Source: Nitrospirota bacterium (GTDB lineage Bacteria; Nitrospirota; UBA9217). Taken from it: a stretch of DNA of 64,000 nt. The position numbers and the translations under genes are program-made. Under the pieces are notes generated by a model. It saw nothing but the letters and a program-made list of their open reading frames with translations. It was not told the origin of the DNA and did no database searches. The DNA is taken from contig CAWJQQ010000009.1 of the NCBI GenBank assembly GCA_963845065.1, positions 64,001 through 128,000 on the forward strand, read 5' to 3'. Shown in pieces: positions 20,574 to 30,217 of this stretch (its first letter is position 1; each line of letters begins with the position of its first letter).

Positions 20574-20849
20574 ATGGATACCCAGGACCTTAAAAAGTAC
20601 TTGGCAGGGTTTGGCATAACCGGCCTGATTGCTGGTGCAGCGCTCACACTTGGGACTGGTATGGGATGTTCAAAAAGCAGCTGAACGGGTACTAAGGGTG
20701 GTACAGGCGTTACCACGAATGAGACTTCAACACAAAGCAGTTGCAGCGGATCAAAAGCTGCTCCGACCTCAACACCGACCCCGACAGGCAGCTGTACCGG
20801 CTCAAAAGCAAAGACGGGCATACCAGCTCCATCGAGCAGCAGCAAATAG
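20574..20849 (+). CDS. sbtA: SbtA family RiPP precursor, predicted selenocysteine form (UGA at codon 37), 91 aa
   Basis: MDTQDLKKYLAGFGITGLIAGAALTLGTGMGCSKSS-TGA(20682)-TGTKGG...SSCSG...GSCTG...SSSK; the TGA aligns to Cys37 TGC of copy 1 and the frame stays open and conserved downstream. Confidence 0.82.
20698..20716 (+). promoter_or_regulatory. Putative bacterial SECIS hairpin
   Basis: gtggta-caggcgt-taccac stem-loop with GG in the apical loop, starting 13 nt after the UGA. Confidence 0.6.
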
Positions 20850-20953
20850 TGCAGTTTGCACATCAATGTTCCTGAAGCATGCCGGCGTGAGCCTCCGGCC
20901 ATCGATGATTCATTCAGAACAAATATGGAGATATGCGGTCACGGGAGTGATGA

Positions 20954-22609
20954 TTGGGTGAAGTGATCAAACCCGGGACAACGTTTTTCAGAACCATGAA
21001 CCCGTTGACAAAAAAGAAACCTGATGACCCCTACCGGGCATGTCGTGCTGTGCTGGGCGTCGCAACATGGGGCCGTCTCTCCGCACAGTATGCTGATGCG
21101 CTTGCTGAACATTCATTATCGGCTGCATTGTCGCAGGCCGGCAAGGATCGGTTTCCCGAATTCCTCTCTGCGCTTGCCCGCCTCGAGGAGATCGCCGGCA
21201 TTGTCAAAAAGGGCAAGGCCTCCCTCCCGAAGGAAGTAAGCCGGCCCCTGATTAACCCGACAATTCAGATCATCGAGCTGCCCTGGAAGAACATGGCCTC
21301 TTTCCTTGATCCTAATCGGCATATTTCCGCTATCAATCCTGTTCGAGCAGACGAACGCGTTTTGATTTGGTATGATCCGTCGACCGAGCTTGTGTCGGCG
21401 CGGCCGGTGAACGACGAAGATCTTCTGGTTCTCAAGATGATTTCGGAAGACATTCTGCCGGAGTCCATCGCTGTTCAGGGCGGCCTGCCGGTGGGGGCTG
21501 TCGATGCAGCGCTCTCTCGAGCCGCAGCAAGCGGCCTTCTTCTTTCACCGCTCTCCCGCATCCGGAGAGGTCCGGAGCGTTCTTTCCGCACTAATGGCAT
21601 CCCCGAACGGTATCTGTCGTCGCCTTCCTTCACGCTCCAGTGGCATGTCACACAAACCTGCGACCTGCATTGCAAACATTGCTATGATCGCAGCAGCCGC
21701 TCTCAGGTAAAGCTCGATCAGGCGATCCGCATCCTCGATGACCTCCGCATATTCTGTCAGAGCAAAAATGTTGCCGGTGCCATAGCTTTCACAGGAGGCA
21801 ACCCGCTGCTCCACCAGGATTTTACAGAGATTTACCGTGCAGCAGCGCATCGTGGTTTTTCCACTGCGATCCTCGGAAATCCCGCGCCTGCTGAGCGGAT
21901 AGCTGAGCTGATCGCGATCCAGATGCCGGCTTTCTACCAGGTCAGCCTGGAGGGGCTCCGGGAGCACAACGACGCCATCCGCGGAACAGGACATTTCGAC
22001 CGAGTCCTATCGTTCCTTGAGGTCTTGAAGAGGCTTAACGTATCATCCATGGTCATGCTTACGCTTACCAGCATGAATATCGACCAGGTAATACCCCTGA
22101 CCGAAACCCTGCACGGGAAGACGGACATCTTTCACTTCAACCGCCTCTCCATGGTCGGCGAAGGCACGCACCTCAGGCCGCCCGACGTCAGGCAGTACAA
22201 GACGTTTCTTTCATCCTATCTCAAAGCAGCCCGCACGAATCCTATCATGGGCATAAAAGACAATCTCATCAACATCATCCGCCGGGAACAGGGCGATACA
22301 CCCTTTGGCGGCTGTACCGGCTATGGCTGCGGCGCCGCCTTCAATTTCGTGAGCCTCCTTGCCGACGGTGAGGTGCACGCCTGCCGTAAATTCCCTTCGC
22401 TCATCGGCAACATCTATCACCAAAGCCTGGTAGAGATCTACGATTCGGACATTGCGCATCGCTATCGCACGGGCAGCGCAGCCTGTCGCTCCTGCACGCT
22501 TCATTTAGTCTGCGGAGGGTGTCTTGCCAGCGCCTATAGTCACCATCTTAATGTCTTTAAGGATAAAGACCCTTTTTGCTTCATGCCCGATATGGATGAT
22601 GATACATAA
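20954..22609 (+). CDS. sbtM: Thio(seleno)oxazole modification radical SAM/SPASM maturase
   Basis: Long N-terminal extension; LQWHVTQTCDLHCKHCY (CxxxCxxC); GGCTGYGCGAAFNF; HACRKF; CRSC..CGGC..DPFC SPASM; alternative start ATG 20996. Confidence 0.9.
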   Translation: MGEVIKPGTTFFRTMNPLTKKKPDDPYRACRAVLGVATWGRLSAQYADALAEHSLSAALSQAGKDRFPEFLSALARLEEIAGIVKKGKASLPKEVSRPLINPTIQIIELPWKNMASFLDPNRHISAINPVRADERVLIWYDPSTELVSARPVNDEDLLVLKMISEDILPESIAVQGGLPVGAVDAALSRAAASGLLLSPLSRIRRGPERSFRTNGIPERYLSSPSFTLQWHVTQTCDLHCKHCYDRSSRSQVKLDQAIRILDDLRIFCQSKNVAGAIAFTGGNPLLHQDFTEIYRAAAHRGFSTAILGNPAPAERIAELIAIQMPAFYQVSLEGLREHNDAIRGTGHFDRVLSFLEVLKRLNVSSMVMLTLTSMNIDQVIPLTETLHGKTDIFHFNRLSMVGEGTHLRPPDVRQYKTFLSSYLKAARTNPIMGIKDNLINIIRREQGDTPFGGCTGYGCGAAFNFVSLLADGEVHACRKFPSLIGNIYHQSLVEIYDSDIAHRYRTGSAACRSCTLHLVCGGCLASAYSHHLNVFKDKDPFCFMPDMDDDT

Positions 22610-22702
22610 GACCAAAATCTATGTTACAACCAGACGTATATATAGTTAAACCAGCAATATCCGGGAAAAACACATCGGTACAATTATAGCTCGTCATTCT
22701 AT

Positions 22703-23106
22703 TTCGCCCACAAAGTCGCGAACGCCTACATAAAAGATTACGGAACGATCATGGTTGAGGACCTAAAAATTAAAAAAACGGTCCAAAACTGTCATCTTGC
22801 CAAAAGTATTTCTGATGCGTCCTGGGGGAAATTCTTTGAGCTCCTGACCTACAAAGCGGAAGAAGCTGGTAGGGTAGGGGTCAAAGTGGCGCCCCACGGT
22901 ACGAGTCAGATTTATTCGAGCTGCGGCGAGAAAGTACCGAAGACACTCGCGGTACGAACTCACCACTGCCCCTATTGTGGTCTAGCGATGGACCGGGACC
23001 TAAACGCGTCCATCAATATTCTCCTGGCCGGGCAGGCCTGTCAGGCCTAACGCCATCAGTCGGTGTTGTCTGAGAAACCCCTGGATTCATCCATGGGGAG
23101 TGTCAA
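22703..23106 (+). mobile_element. tnpB: IS200/IS605 remnant: 3' part of tnpB plus right end
   Basis: VEDL, SISDASWG, TSQIYSSCG (first zinc Cys lost), CPYCG, DRDLNASINI; subterminal hairpin cccctggat-tc-atccatgggg followed by TCAA. Confidence 0.88.
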
Positions 23107-23260
23107 CACCAGACCGCCTCTTATTTAAACGTCGTATATACAATAGAATTATATTGGTTAACGTTGATTATAGTAATTGGCATCTGTGGTCTATATATCT
23201 TTGGACCTCAGAGCCATCCGGTAAATTGATTTTCATTTCTATATTATTTGATGTAATATA

Positions 23261-25273
23261 ATGGATATGAAATTCAAGGTTTCGGAAACATATGCCGAAA
23301 TATTAAGCGACTTGAACGAGACTTCTTTTTCGACATTCATGCAAAGTTTTTTCAACGGCGACCGTACCGCCCACCTGTTTTTACTTGATGCAAACAAGGA
23401 ACAGATCATTAAGCGCTTCGTTGATCAATTCACCTCGACAACTTCTCTCAAGAACCTGCCTGACTATTTACCGAATGATGAATTGAAGGCGTTAAGAAGA
23501 ATTATCAGGAATAATGGTTTTTTGCCCGAGTCAAATAAACACTTTCCAGAACGAAGCACCATTGACGGTCTTCGGGCTAAGAGGCTTGCATTCGAAGTTA
23601 AGGTCGCTGATTCGGCCGGTATCGTTGTGCCTCTTGAAATCTGCCTGGGTTTGCCTTTTGATCATGATGGGAACGAACGATCGCTCCTCATGGCAATGAA
23701 CCGCTATTCCTCAGACATTATCAAGCTCATGGCCTCACACTTGGGGATTTATAATTACGCCAAAATGAATAAAGTCAGTCTCGCAGCCGTTGTTTACAAA
23801 ACTATTCTAGAAAACCAGGTTCGCTTCAGCCAGGAACTTACGGACCTTCAGAAAAAGGTATTCAGAATAATCTTTAAATTCCACGGTGTGGCAACTAATA
23901 AGGAACTCGCGGCTTGGGGCGCGTCCCATGGAATGAAAGAAGCAAAAAACCAAAGAAACTGGTACAGCGGCAATTCATTTTTGAATTATCTCGGTTCGGG
24001 ACCAGACCGCAATGTGGACTATCTTTCCGAAATTGAGAAGGCACTGCTTGTGCCCGTATTGCGCGGGCTGGCATGCGTCTCTTTTCGTGTGAAGTATGAT
24101 GACTACTGGCATTATTTCATCCCCTCCGAGGTCTTCTCTTTACTGGCAGAAGACTTTTTTAGAGAAATGGATGAGAAGAGAATTGCGATCGAGAGCAAGA
24201 TGTTTGCCGACGCTCCCGATTCTTATGTCTCTTACTCCGGCAGGATAGCTGAAGATATTATTAAGGTCCAGATAGCCTCCGCTTGCGGTTTGGTAGAATT
24301 TATAAAAACCAGTCTTGAATTTAAAAAAAAATCGATAGCGGATCTATCCACAATGCTGAATGCGGATGAGCACTATATGGCCAGACTTCTCTTACTGGTC
24401 GGTTATCATCCCGGCGGCTTGAATAGCATTAACTATGATGCGATTGACCTGCTCAGGACGCACATCCTTAGTCAAAAATTCAACATTGCGTTGTTGCCGA
24501 GTCTTAAGCCTTTGCGGGAATGGATGCATATGGATCATCTTGCGCACTATCTTCTTAACCATCGGAGTCTCTATTTGCATACAACATCTCAGGAAACGAA
24601 CCATGTCGAAAACCTGCTGCAAGAGTTCTACCTGCTTGGATTAGTGGATATTTCCCCGGATGGTAAAAAAGTACGTGTCACAGAACTAGTATCCGCACTT
24701 CTTGAAGCGCATTCTGTAAAGCCTGCGGCACCCATAAAAGGTGACAGCAAGCCCCTTCTGTCTCAGCCTAATCTTGAATTACTCATCCCCTATAACGCCG
24801 ATGTAAAGATTCTGAGGAAGCTCTCCGAATTTTCGGACCTGACTGTGCTCGACAGAATGCTTCACTATTCGTTGACGAAGAAAAGTCTGATGCGAGGACT
24901 GGATAAGGGATGGGACGTAAAGGCTGTGCTCCCTTTTCTATCGTCAATTTGCGCAAAGGATATCCCCAAAACCGTTCAGATTTTTATTGAAACCAGTTTA
25001 AGCAAACAGGGAGAGGCGCTGGTCATGCTTTCTTCGACGCTGATACGGTGCAAGGGGCTCGGGTTGAAGGAAAAAATCTTGTCCATAAAAGGGTTGAAGG
25101 CGGAGGCCCTTGAAGGCACAGAGGATTATCTTTCCCTTAACGAGGTGTCGCCTGAAGATGCGTTAAGGATACTGAAAAAAAACGGCGTTTTTGCTGAGAT
25201 ATCCGCGGAGAACAACAGGATGAGCGTGGGTTATGGGAAGTCAGTTGGAGAAATGCATAAGCAAAGAACTTAG
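23261..25273 (+). CDS. XPB-associated protein with C-terminal helicase-associated (Helicase_C_3-like) domain
   Basis: LLSQPNLELLIP...YSLTKKSLMRGLDKG...IPKTV; directly upstream of XPB. Confidence 0.75.
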   Translation: MDMKFKVSETYAEILSDLNETSFSTFMQSFFNGDRTAHLFLLDANKEQIIKRFVDQFTSTTSLKNLPDYLPNDELKALRRIIRNNGFLPESNKHFPERSTIDGLRAKRLAFEVKVADSAGIVVPLEICLGLPFDHDGNERSLLMAMNRYSSDIIKLMASHLGIYNYAKMNKVSLAAVVYKTILENQVRFSQELTDLQKKVFRIIFKFHGVATNKELAAWGASHGMKEAKNQRNWYSGNSFLNYLGSGPDRNVDYLSEIEKALLVPVLRGLACVSFRVKYDDYWHYFIPSEVFSLLAEDFFREMDEKRIAIESKMFADAPDSYVSYSGRIAEDIIKVQIASACGLVEFIKTSLEFKKKSIADLSTMLNADEHYMARLLLLVGYHPGGLNSINYDAIDLLRTHILSQKFNIALLPSLKPLREWMHMDHLAHYLLNHRSLYLHTTSQETNHVENLLQEFYLLGLVDISPDGKKVRVTELVSALLEAHSVKPAAPIKGDSKPLLSQPNLELLIPYNADVKILRKLSEFSDLTVLDRMLHYSLTKKSLMRGLDKGWDVKAVLPFLSSICAKDIPKTVQIFIETSLSKQGEALVMLSSTLIRCKGLGLKEKILSIKGLKAEALEGTEDYLSLNEVSPEDALRILKKNGVFAEISAENNRMSVGYGKSVGEMHKQRT

Positions 25274-25305
25274 AGCAAAAAGAAACCAAATAGAAATCTA
25301 TTCGA

Positions 25306-26979
25306 ATGAACTATAACCAAAACAATCCCCTTATCATTCAGTCTGATATGACCATGCTGCTTGAGGTCGATTCGCCTTTCTACGAAGAGGTGCGGGACGC
25401 GGTGGCGCCCTTTGCGGAGATCATCAAGAGTCCTGAACACGTGCATACCTATCGCATCACGCCCATATCCCTCTGGAACGCCGCGTCTTCCGGCATGAGC
25501 CCGGAAGCTGTTAGGGAAAGACTTCTTCAGTTCAGCAGATACGAAGTCTCTCATAACCTCCTTGTGGAAATCAAGGATATCATGGGTAGGTTCGGGCAAG
25601 TGAGAATCGAAAGCCATGAGGAAACCATGCTGGCGATCGTCACGGAAGACCCGCTTCTCATGGAGCAACTTTATCATACCGATGCGGTGCGGGAACTCCT
25701 TGCAGAACGGATCGGACCGAAGTCCGCTTCTTTTAAGGCGATCAACAGAGGACTTATCAAGCAAGCCATGATTAAGATAGGGTATCCCGCGGTGGATGCG
25801 GCTGGTTATGCGGAGGCGATGCCACTCGATATTTCACTCAGGCAAAGCGACCTGTTTACCGTGCGACCCTATCAAATCATGGCGCGAGACGCGTTCTACA
25901 AAGGTGGTTCCGCCCTTGGCGGCAACGGCGTCGTGGTTCTTCCTTGCGGGGCCGGGAAGACGGTTGTGGGCATGGCGATCATGGACCTGATCAAATCCCA
26001 TACTTTGATACTCACTACCGGCATTACCGCAGTCAGGCAGTGGAAGCGTGAGCTTATCGAAAAAATGAATATAAACCCCGAGGATGTAGGAGAATATAGC
26101 GGAGAGATCAAGGAAATCCGGCCCGTAACCATAACGACCTACCAGATCATGACCCATAGAAAGAATCGTGAGTACGAATTCAGGCATTTTGAGGCTGTCA
26201 ATGATCATGCTTGGGGCTTGCTGATTTATGACGAAGTACATTTGTTACCGGCCCAAGTTTTTCGGTTCACCTCATCGCTGCAAGCGATACGAAGACTCGG
26301 CTTAACCGCAACGCTAGTTCGGGAGGATGGTAGAGAGGAAGATGTCTTCTCCCTGATCGGCCCAAAATGTTATGATGTCCCTTGGAAGGTGATAGAAAAA
26401 CAAGGTTTTATTGCCGAGGCGGAATGTTTCGAGATCAGGACGGACATCAAGGGAGACGCGCGGTTCGCCTACGTGTCTGCTGAACAGCGGCAGCGCTTCC
26501 GTGTAGCTTCTGAAAATCCCGGCAAGAACCCTATCATACGGAAACTCGTTTCCAGACATCAAGACGATAAGGTCTTGATCATCGGTCAATACCTCGGTCA
26601 GTTGCATACAATAGCGTTGAATGTGGGGGCGCCGATTATCACCGGTAAGACTACGCAACTCGAGCGTGAGGATTTGTATCATCGTTTCAGGGATGGGGCG
26701 CTATCTGTGCTGGTGGTATCGTCGGTCGCCAATTTTGCCATCGACCTTCCGGATGCGTCGGTTGCCATTCAAGTATCGGGGAAATTTGGTTCGCGCCAGG
26801 AAGAGGCTCAGAGATTAGGCCGAATTCTGCGACCAAAATCGGACTCGCGGGGCGCGCGGTTTTATACTATCGTGACGAGAGACACGGAAGAACAGGATTT
26901 TGCGCTCAAACGACAACTCTTTCTGACGGAGCAGGGGTATAATTACACCATCCTGAACGAGGATGAGATCGATGCTTAG
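25306..26979 (+). CDS. XPB/Rad25-like SF2 DNA helicase
   Basis: PLIIQSD, KSPEHVHTYRIT, LPCGAGKT, DEVH, LGLTATLVREDG, QRLGRILRPK. Confidence 0.95.
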   Translation: MNYNQNNPLIIQSDMTMLLEVDSPFYEEVRDAVAPFAEIIKSPEHVHTYRITPISLWNAASSGMSPEAVRERLLQFSRYEVSHNLLVEIKDIMGRFGQVRIESHEETMLAIVTEDPLLMEQLYHTDAVRELLAERIGPKSASFKAINRGLIKQAMIKIGYPAVDAAGYAEAMPLDISLRQSDLFTVRPYQIMARDAFYKGGSALGGNGVVVLPCGAGKTVVGMAIMDLIKSHTLILTTGITAVRQWKRELIEKMNINPEDVGEYSGEIKEIRPVTITTYQIMTHRKNREYEFRHFEAVNDHAWGLLIYDEVHLLPAQVFRFTSSLQAIRRLGLTATLVREDGREEDVFSLIGPKCYDVPWKVIEKQGFIAEAECFEIRTDIKGDARFAYVSAEQRQRFRVASENPGKNPIIRKLVSRHQDDKVLIIGQYLGQLHTIALNVGAPIITGKTTQLEREDLYHRFRDGALSVLVVSSVANFAIDLPDASVAIQVSGKFGSRQEEAQRLGRILRPKSDSRGARFYTIVTRDTEEQDFALKRQLFLTEQGYNYTILNEDEIDA

Positions 26980-27518
26980 AGCTGAACCTTCCCCGGCTTT
27001 CGGGTCTGAGAACGTTCAGAACCTTATCAACGGTGAAATGGCGGCGCACCAAGGCCCCTCAACGAACCAAGAAGCCTCGTCCGTAAGGTTGAGGTAGTAT
27101 ACCGACACAAGTTATTTCATCCACCAGCGACGTTTTTCTTGATGTCAGTCATCGGATAATGTTTAACATTCCCCGTTGCAAGCATAGTATGCTTTATGAA
27201 TGCGGTTGCGGCAATGATGCAGTCATCGAGCTCCAAACCCTGTGATCGTATGGTCCTTTTGTAGGTTCCTGCCTTCTCAGCAATATCTCTCGTCACATCT
27301 ATGATTGTGAGGCTGTCGAGTAGTTCCGTCGTCTTTGTCCGCTCATGCTCCTTCATCCTTGCATGAACTTCTGCTATAGTTTATAGTATAGTGTTTACCC
27401 TATAATGTCGATAACAAATGCAGATTGCGAAGATAAATGGACAGTTGTTCCGGAGATACCTGGGCAGGGGCTGAGGTGCTTAATCCAATTAGGCTCGGAC
27501 ACCCATTCCGATCGAGTT
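26658..27518. repeat. Direct repeat copy 2 of 11574-12841, with a 407 bp deletion
   Basis: Junction ctgcTAT/agttt at ~27377 joins copy 1 positions 12293 and 12701. Confidence 0.95.
27117..27377 (-). pseudogene. vapC: 5'-truncated vapC; antitoxin deleted
   Basis: Matches the C-terminal part of 12033-12413 but lacks the N-terminal catalytic Asp region. Confidence 0.9.
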
Positions 27519-27912
27519 CGGATAATCGAATCGCTAAGACATCAATTCCGATTTTTTGGATACTGACTTCAGATTACGACAGTATATACTTCGCTCAGAA
27601 TTTTGCATCGTAAGAGACGGGTAAGCAATCTAAACTTCACCTACAAGCATGCAGCGCTGTTGAATAAATTTCAATGCATAATATTACATGAAAATTGTAA
27701 TACGCAGATAAGTGACTTATGCGCGTGTCCCAGTGTAAAATTGATTGTCGCCCTTTTGCTGACCCGCGACCCGTAGCCTTTATCATTGGAAGGACTTTGC
27801 TGGATGGACATATATAATCGTTGCACCGTAGTGAAGAACGTCACAAAATGAGTCCAGACAGAACAACCTCCCATCCGGACTCAAATTAATCTCCACGCAA
27901 GTCTTTAATCCA

Positions 27913-28182
27913 TCATGCTGCTTTGGTATGAAGTGATTTGATTACTTCAGGAGTGAACAGACCCACCTCTATGATCCGTGCTTTGTTAAGCAGGAATGCG
28001 GGAACAAGATTCCGGGCCTCTTTCTCGTCCCTGACATCCACAAGGGCATAAGCAGTATGATCACCTGCCATACAGCCATAGTTAAACTGCTTTAAAGTCT
28101 CTGGCCCCTTAGCGAGTTCTTCATCAAGTGCTCTCAGACACTCTTCCTTGGTGTGAGGAGATTCTATCATGTATTTTTTCAT
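27913..28182 (-). CDS. Small hypothetical protein
   Basis: GGAGG RBS; MKKYMIESPHTKEEC...GCMAGDH; protein-like composition. Confidence 0.7.
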   Translation of the reverse strand: MKKYMIESPHTKEECLRALDEELAKGPETLKQFNYGCMAGDHTAYALVDVRDEKEARNLVPAFLLNKARIIEVGLFTPEVIKSLHTKAA

Positions 28183-28602
28183 AGTGACCTCCCATCGACT
28201 GTTTAGATTACAACCCAAATAGGTTTTTAAAGCGACATTGCTCTCTAAAAAAAACTTATCACTAGTCGTTCAACAAGTCAATACAACTTTCGTCGGGCAA
28301 TCAGCAAGTCATATTCCGCTCTACTCTAGTTTTTCCCATATCGATTCCGTATTACCTTCTACTGAATGTGATTGCTATAAAACAACGTTCAAGGATTTAT
28401 AAGGCAATTTTGTGACAAGGGACAAGAATACTGGAGCTATATTGCACCCACGGCCAGCGACTCTGCTTAAAGTATTAGAAAAATAAATATGCAATATTGG
28501 TAAATAAGACTATTTTAATGTGATATATTTAAAAAACAACTTGGATGTGGAACCAATTGCCAAGTGGATTTTTGAAAAAAACAAGAGATGGAGGATACTA
28601 AA

Positions 28603-28980
28603 ATGAAAAAACTTCTCATTACGAGCATAACAATGCTATTTGTTTTTTCTTTAGGAACAGCTTACGCAGAATCCTTGAATGGAGTTACGGATTTCTCGGG
28701 CAGTACGTATGACTCATTCGTGGCTATCCCGCCGGAATTGAACGGCGCAATGAATGAAGGCGCAGGAGCCGGCGGATTGCGTGATGCGACCGAAGGAATC
28801 TCGAATGGCGTTACAGACTTCTCGGGCAGTACGTATGACTCATTTGTGGCTATCCCGGCCGAATCGAACGGCGCAATAAATGAAGGTGCAGGAGCCGGCG
28901 GATTGCGTGATGCGACCGAAGGAATCTCGAATGGCGTTACAGACTTCTCCGGCCGCAACTATGGTGATGGCGCAATGTAA
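28603..28980 (+). CDS. Secreted acidic protein with 42 aa tandem repeats (NGVTDFSG...)
   Basis: GGAGG RBS, signal peptide ending AYA; 126 bp repeat starting at 28678, 28804 and 28930. Confidence 0.82.
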   Translation: MKKLLITSITMLFVFSLGTAYAESLNGVTDFSGSTYDSFVAIPPELNGAMNEGAGAGGLRDATEGISNGVTDFSGSTYDSFVAIPAESNGAINEGAGAGGLRDATEGISNGVTDFSGRNYGDGAM

Positions 28981-29036
28981 GACGGTTCGGGAAAATAATT
29001 GTTTCGCAATGTGATGAGGATTCTCGCAAACGATAC

Positions 29037-29066
29037 GGCAGGTTGCAGCGCAACCTGCCTTTTTTT
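29037..29066 (+). terminator. Rho-independent terminator
   Basis: ggcaggttgc-agc-gcaacctgcc followed by T7. Confidence 0.85.
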
Positions 29067-29494
29067 CGTTATAAGTGTTTTCGGCCTTACTGATTTCAGA
29101 GTGCAATAATGCCATGGCAAACAGCTTCCGGCGTCCGGTTATGCTGTTTTTTTTCATCGTATTCTATGTGATCTGCACCGTGTTTCCAGATCCTTTAGGA
29201 GGTCAGCAAAGTGCCCGTTTTTTAGCATAAAGGGGTTTCAGTAAATCAAATATTTTTTTACATGTATTTTTAATGCCAGCACATTCATTAGGCACTGTCG
29301 AACCGACCGGATTTGCGTCGCATTAGTAAAAATGGATAGAAGTTAAAGAATGCGGGTTGATAATTGAAGTGTTGCTGAGAATGGAAATTTCGTGAGATTC
29401 AGGACAATTTACTAAAAGTTACGATCTATATTCTTCACATCAATCAAATTAAAATCTCTGTGAGCTGTACCTACTAGCATGCAACATCGTATAT

Positions 29495-29818
29495 ATGTGT
29501 CAGTGCGGTGTAGGGAAACGATGTGTCGGAGACAAAAAAACCCCGCTCGGTGAATATGAACTCGGTCAGCCAAAGCAATCCGGAAAATTTCGATTTTTTA
29601 TTCCGATCAAATATCCAAATGCAGAGCAATCATCAAAAGGATATACGGGCGGAAATATTGGCATTCATGGGCCGCACCGCGGCAGCCCCTGGCTTGGAAA
29701 AGATTCTGCTAAGGTCGACTGGACGCACGGATGCATCGCTGTCGGTACCGACGAAGACATTATCGAAGTTGCACAATGGGTGCAAGACCAAGGTGTGAAA
29801 AAGGTCATTATACGATGA
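29495..29818 (+). pseudogene. YkuD L,D-transpeptidase domain, apparently 5'-truncated
   Basis: GDKKTPLGEY, IGIHG and WTHGCIAV catalytic motifs; no signal peptide or clear RBS. Confidence 0.7.
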
Positions 29819-30210
29819 CCGGCAACCCCTCTTCCAACACGGAAATAATTCAACTCGGCAAGTACTCCACTTTCGACTCCGTACTTGTCAGACAGTCAGT
29901 CACTAACATTTATCAACTGAAGAACGTCATCATACTTGCGATAGTGTCCGCATTATTATTCATTCCAGGTCTAGCCTCGGAGGCCCAAGCATCCACTACG
30001 GGAAACGAAATGAAGTTTTGGGAAACATTGGCCAATATAGAGTATCACAGAACGAATCCTTGTACGAAATCGCCCGCAGGTACAAAACAGGATATGACGA
30101 GATGGTCACAGCCAATCCAGGGGTTGACCCCTATGTCCCCGGAAAAGGAACATCTCTCATCCTGCCGACATCATGGGTGCTCCCCGATACCAAGAGGGGC
30201 CATGGCATAA
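29815..30210 (+). pseudogene. ErfK/YbiS-type L,D-transpeptidase N-terminus (LysM-like), frameshifted and truncated
   Basis: Signal-like segment, frameshift near 30015, then ESLYEIARRYKTGYDEMVTANPGVDPYVPGKG...LP; catalytic domain absent. Confidence 0.75.
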
Positions 30211-30217
30211 AACCATA

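Larger units (their letters stand above)
19787..21113 (+). repeat. Tandem duplication (period 681 bp) of promoter + sbtA + 5' end of sbtM
   Basis: 19787-20441 aligns to 20468-21113; both copies carry an extended -10 TGCTATAAT (19794, 20475) and a GGAGG RBS. Confidence 0.93.
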
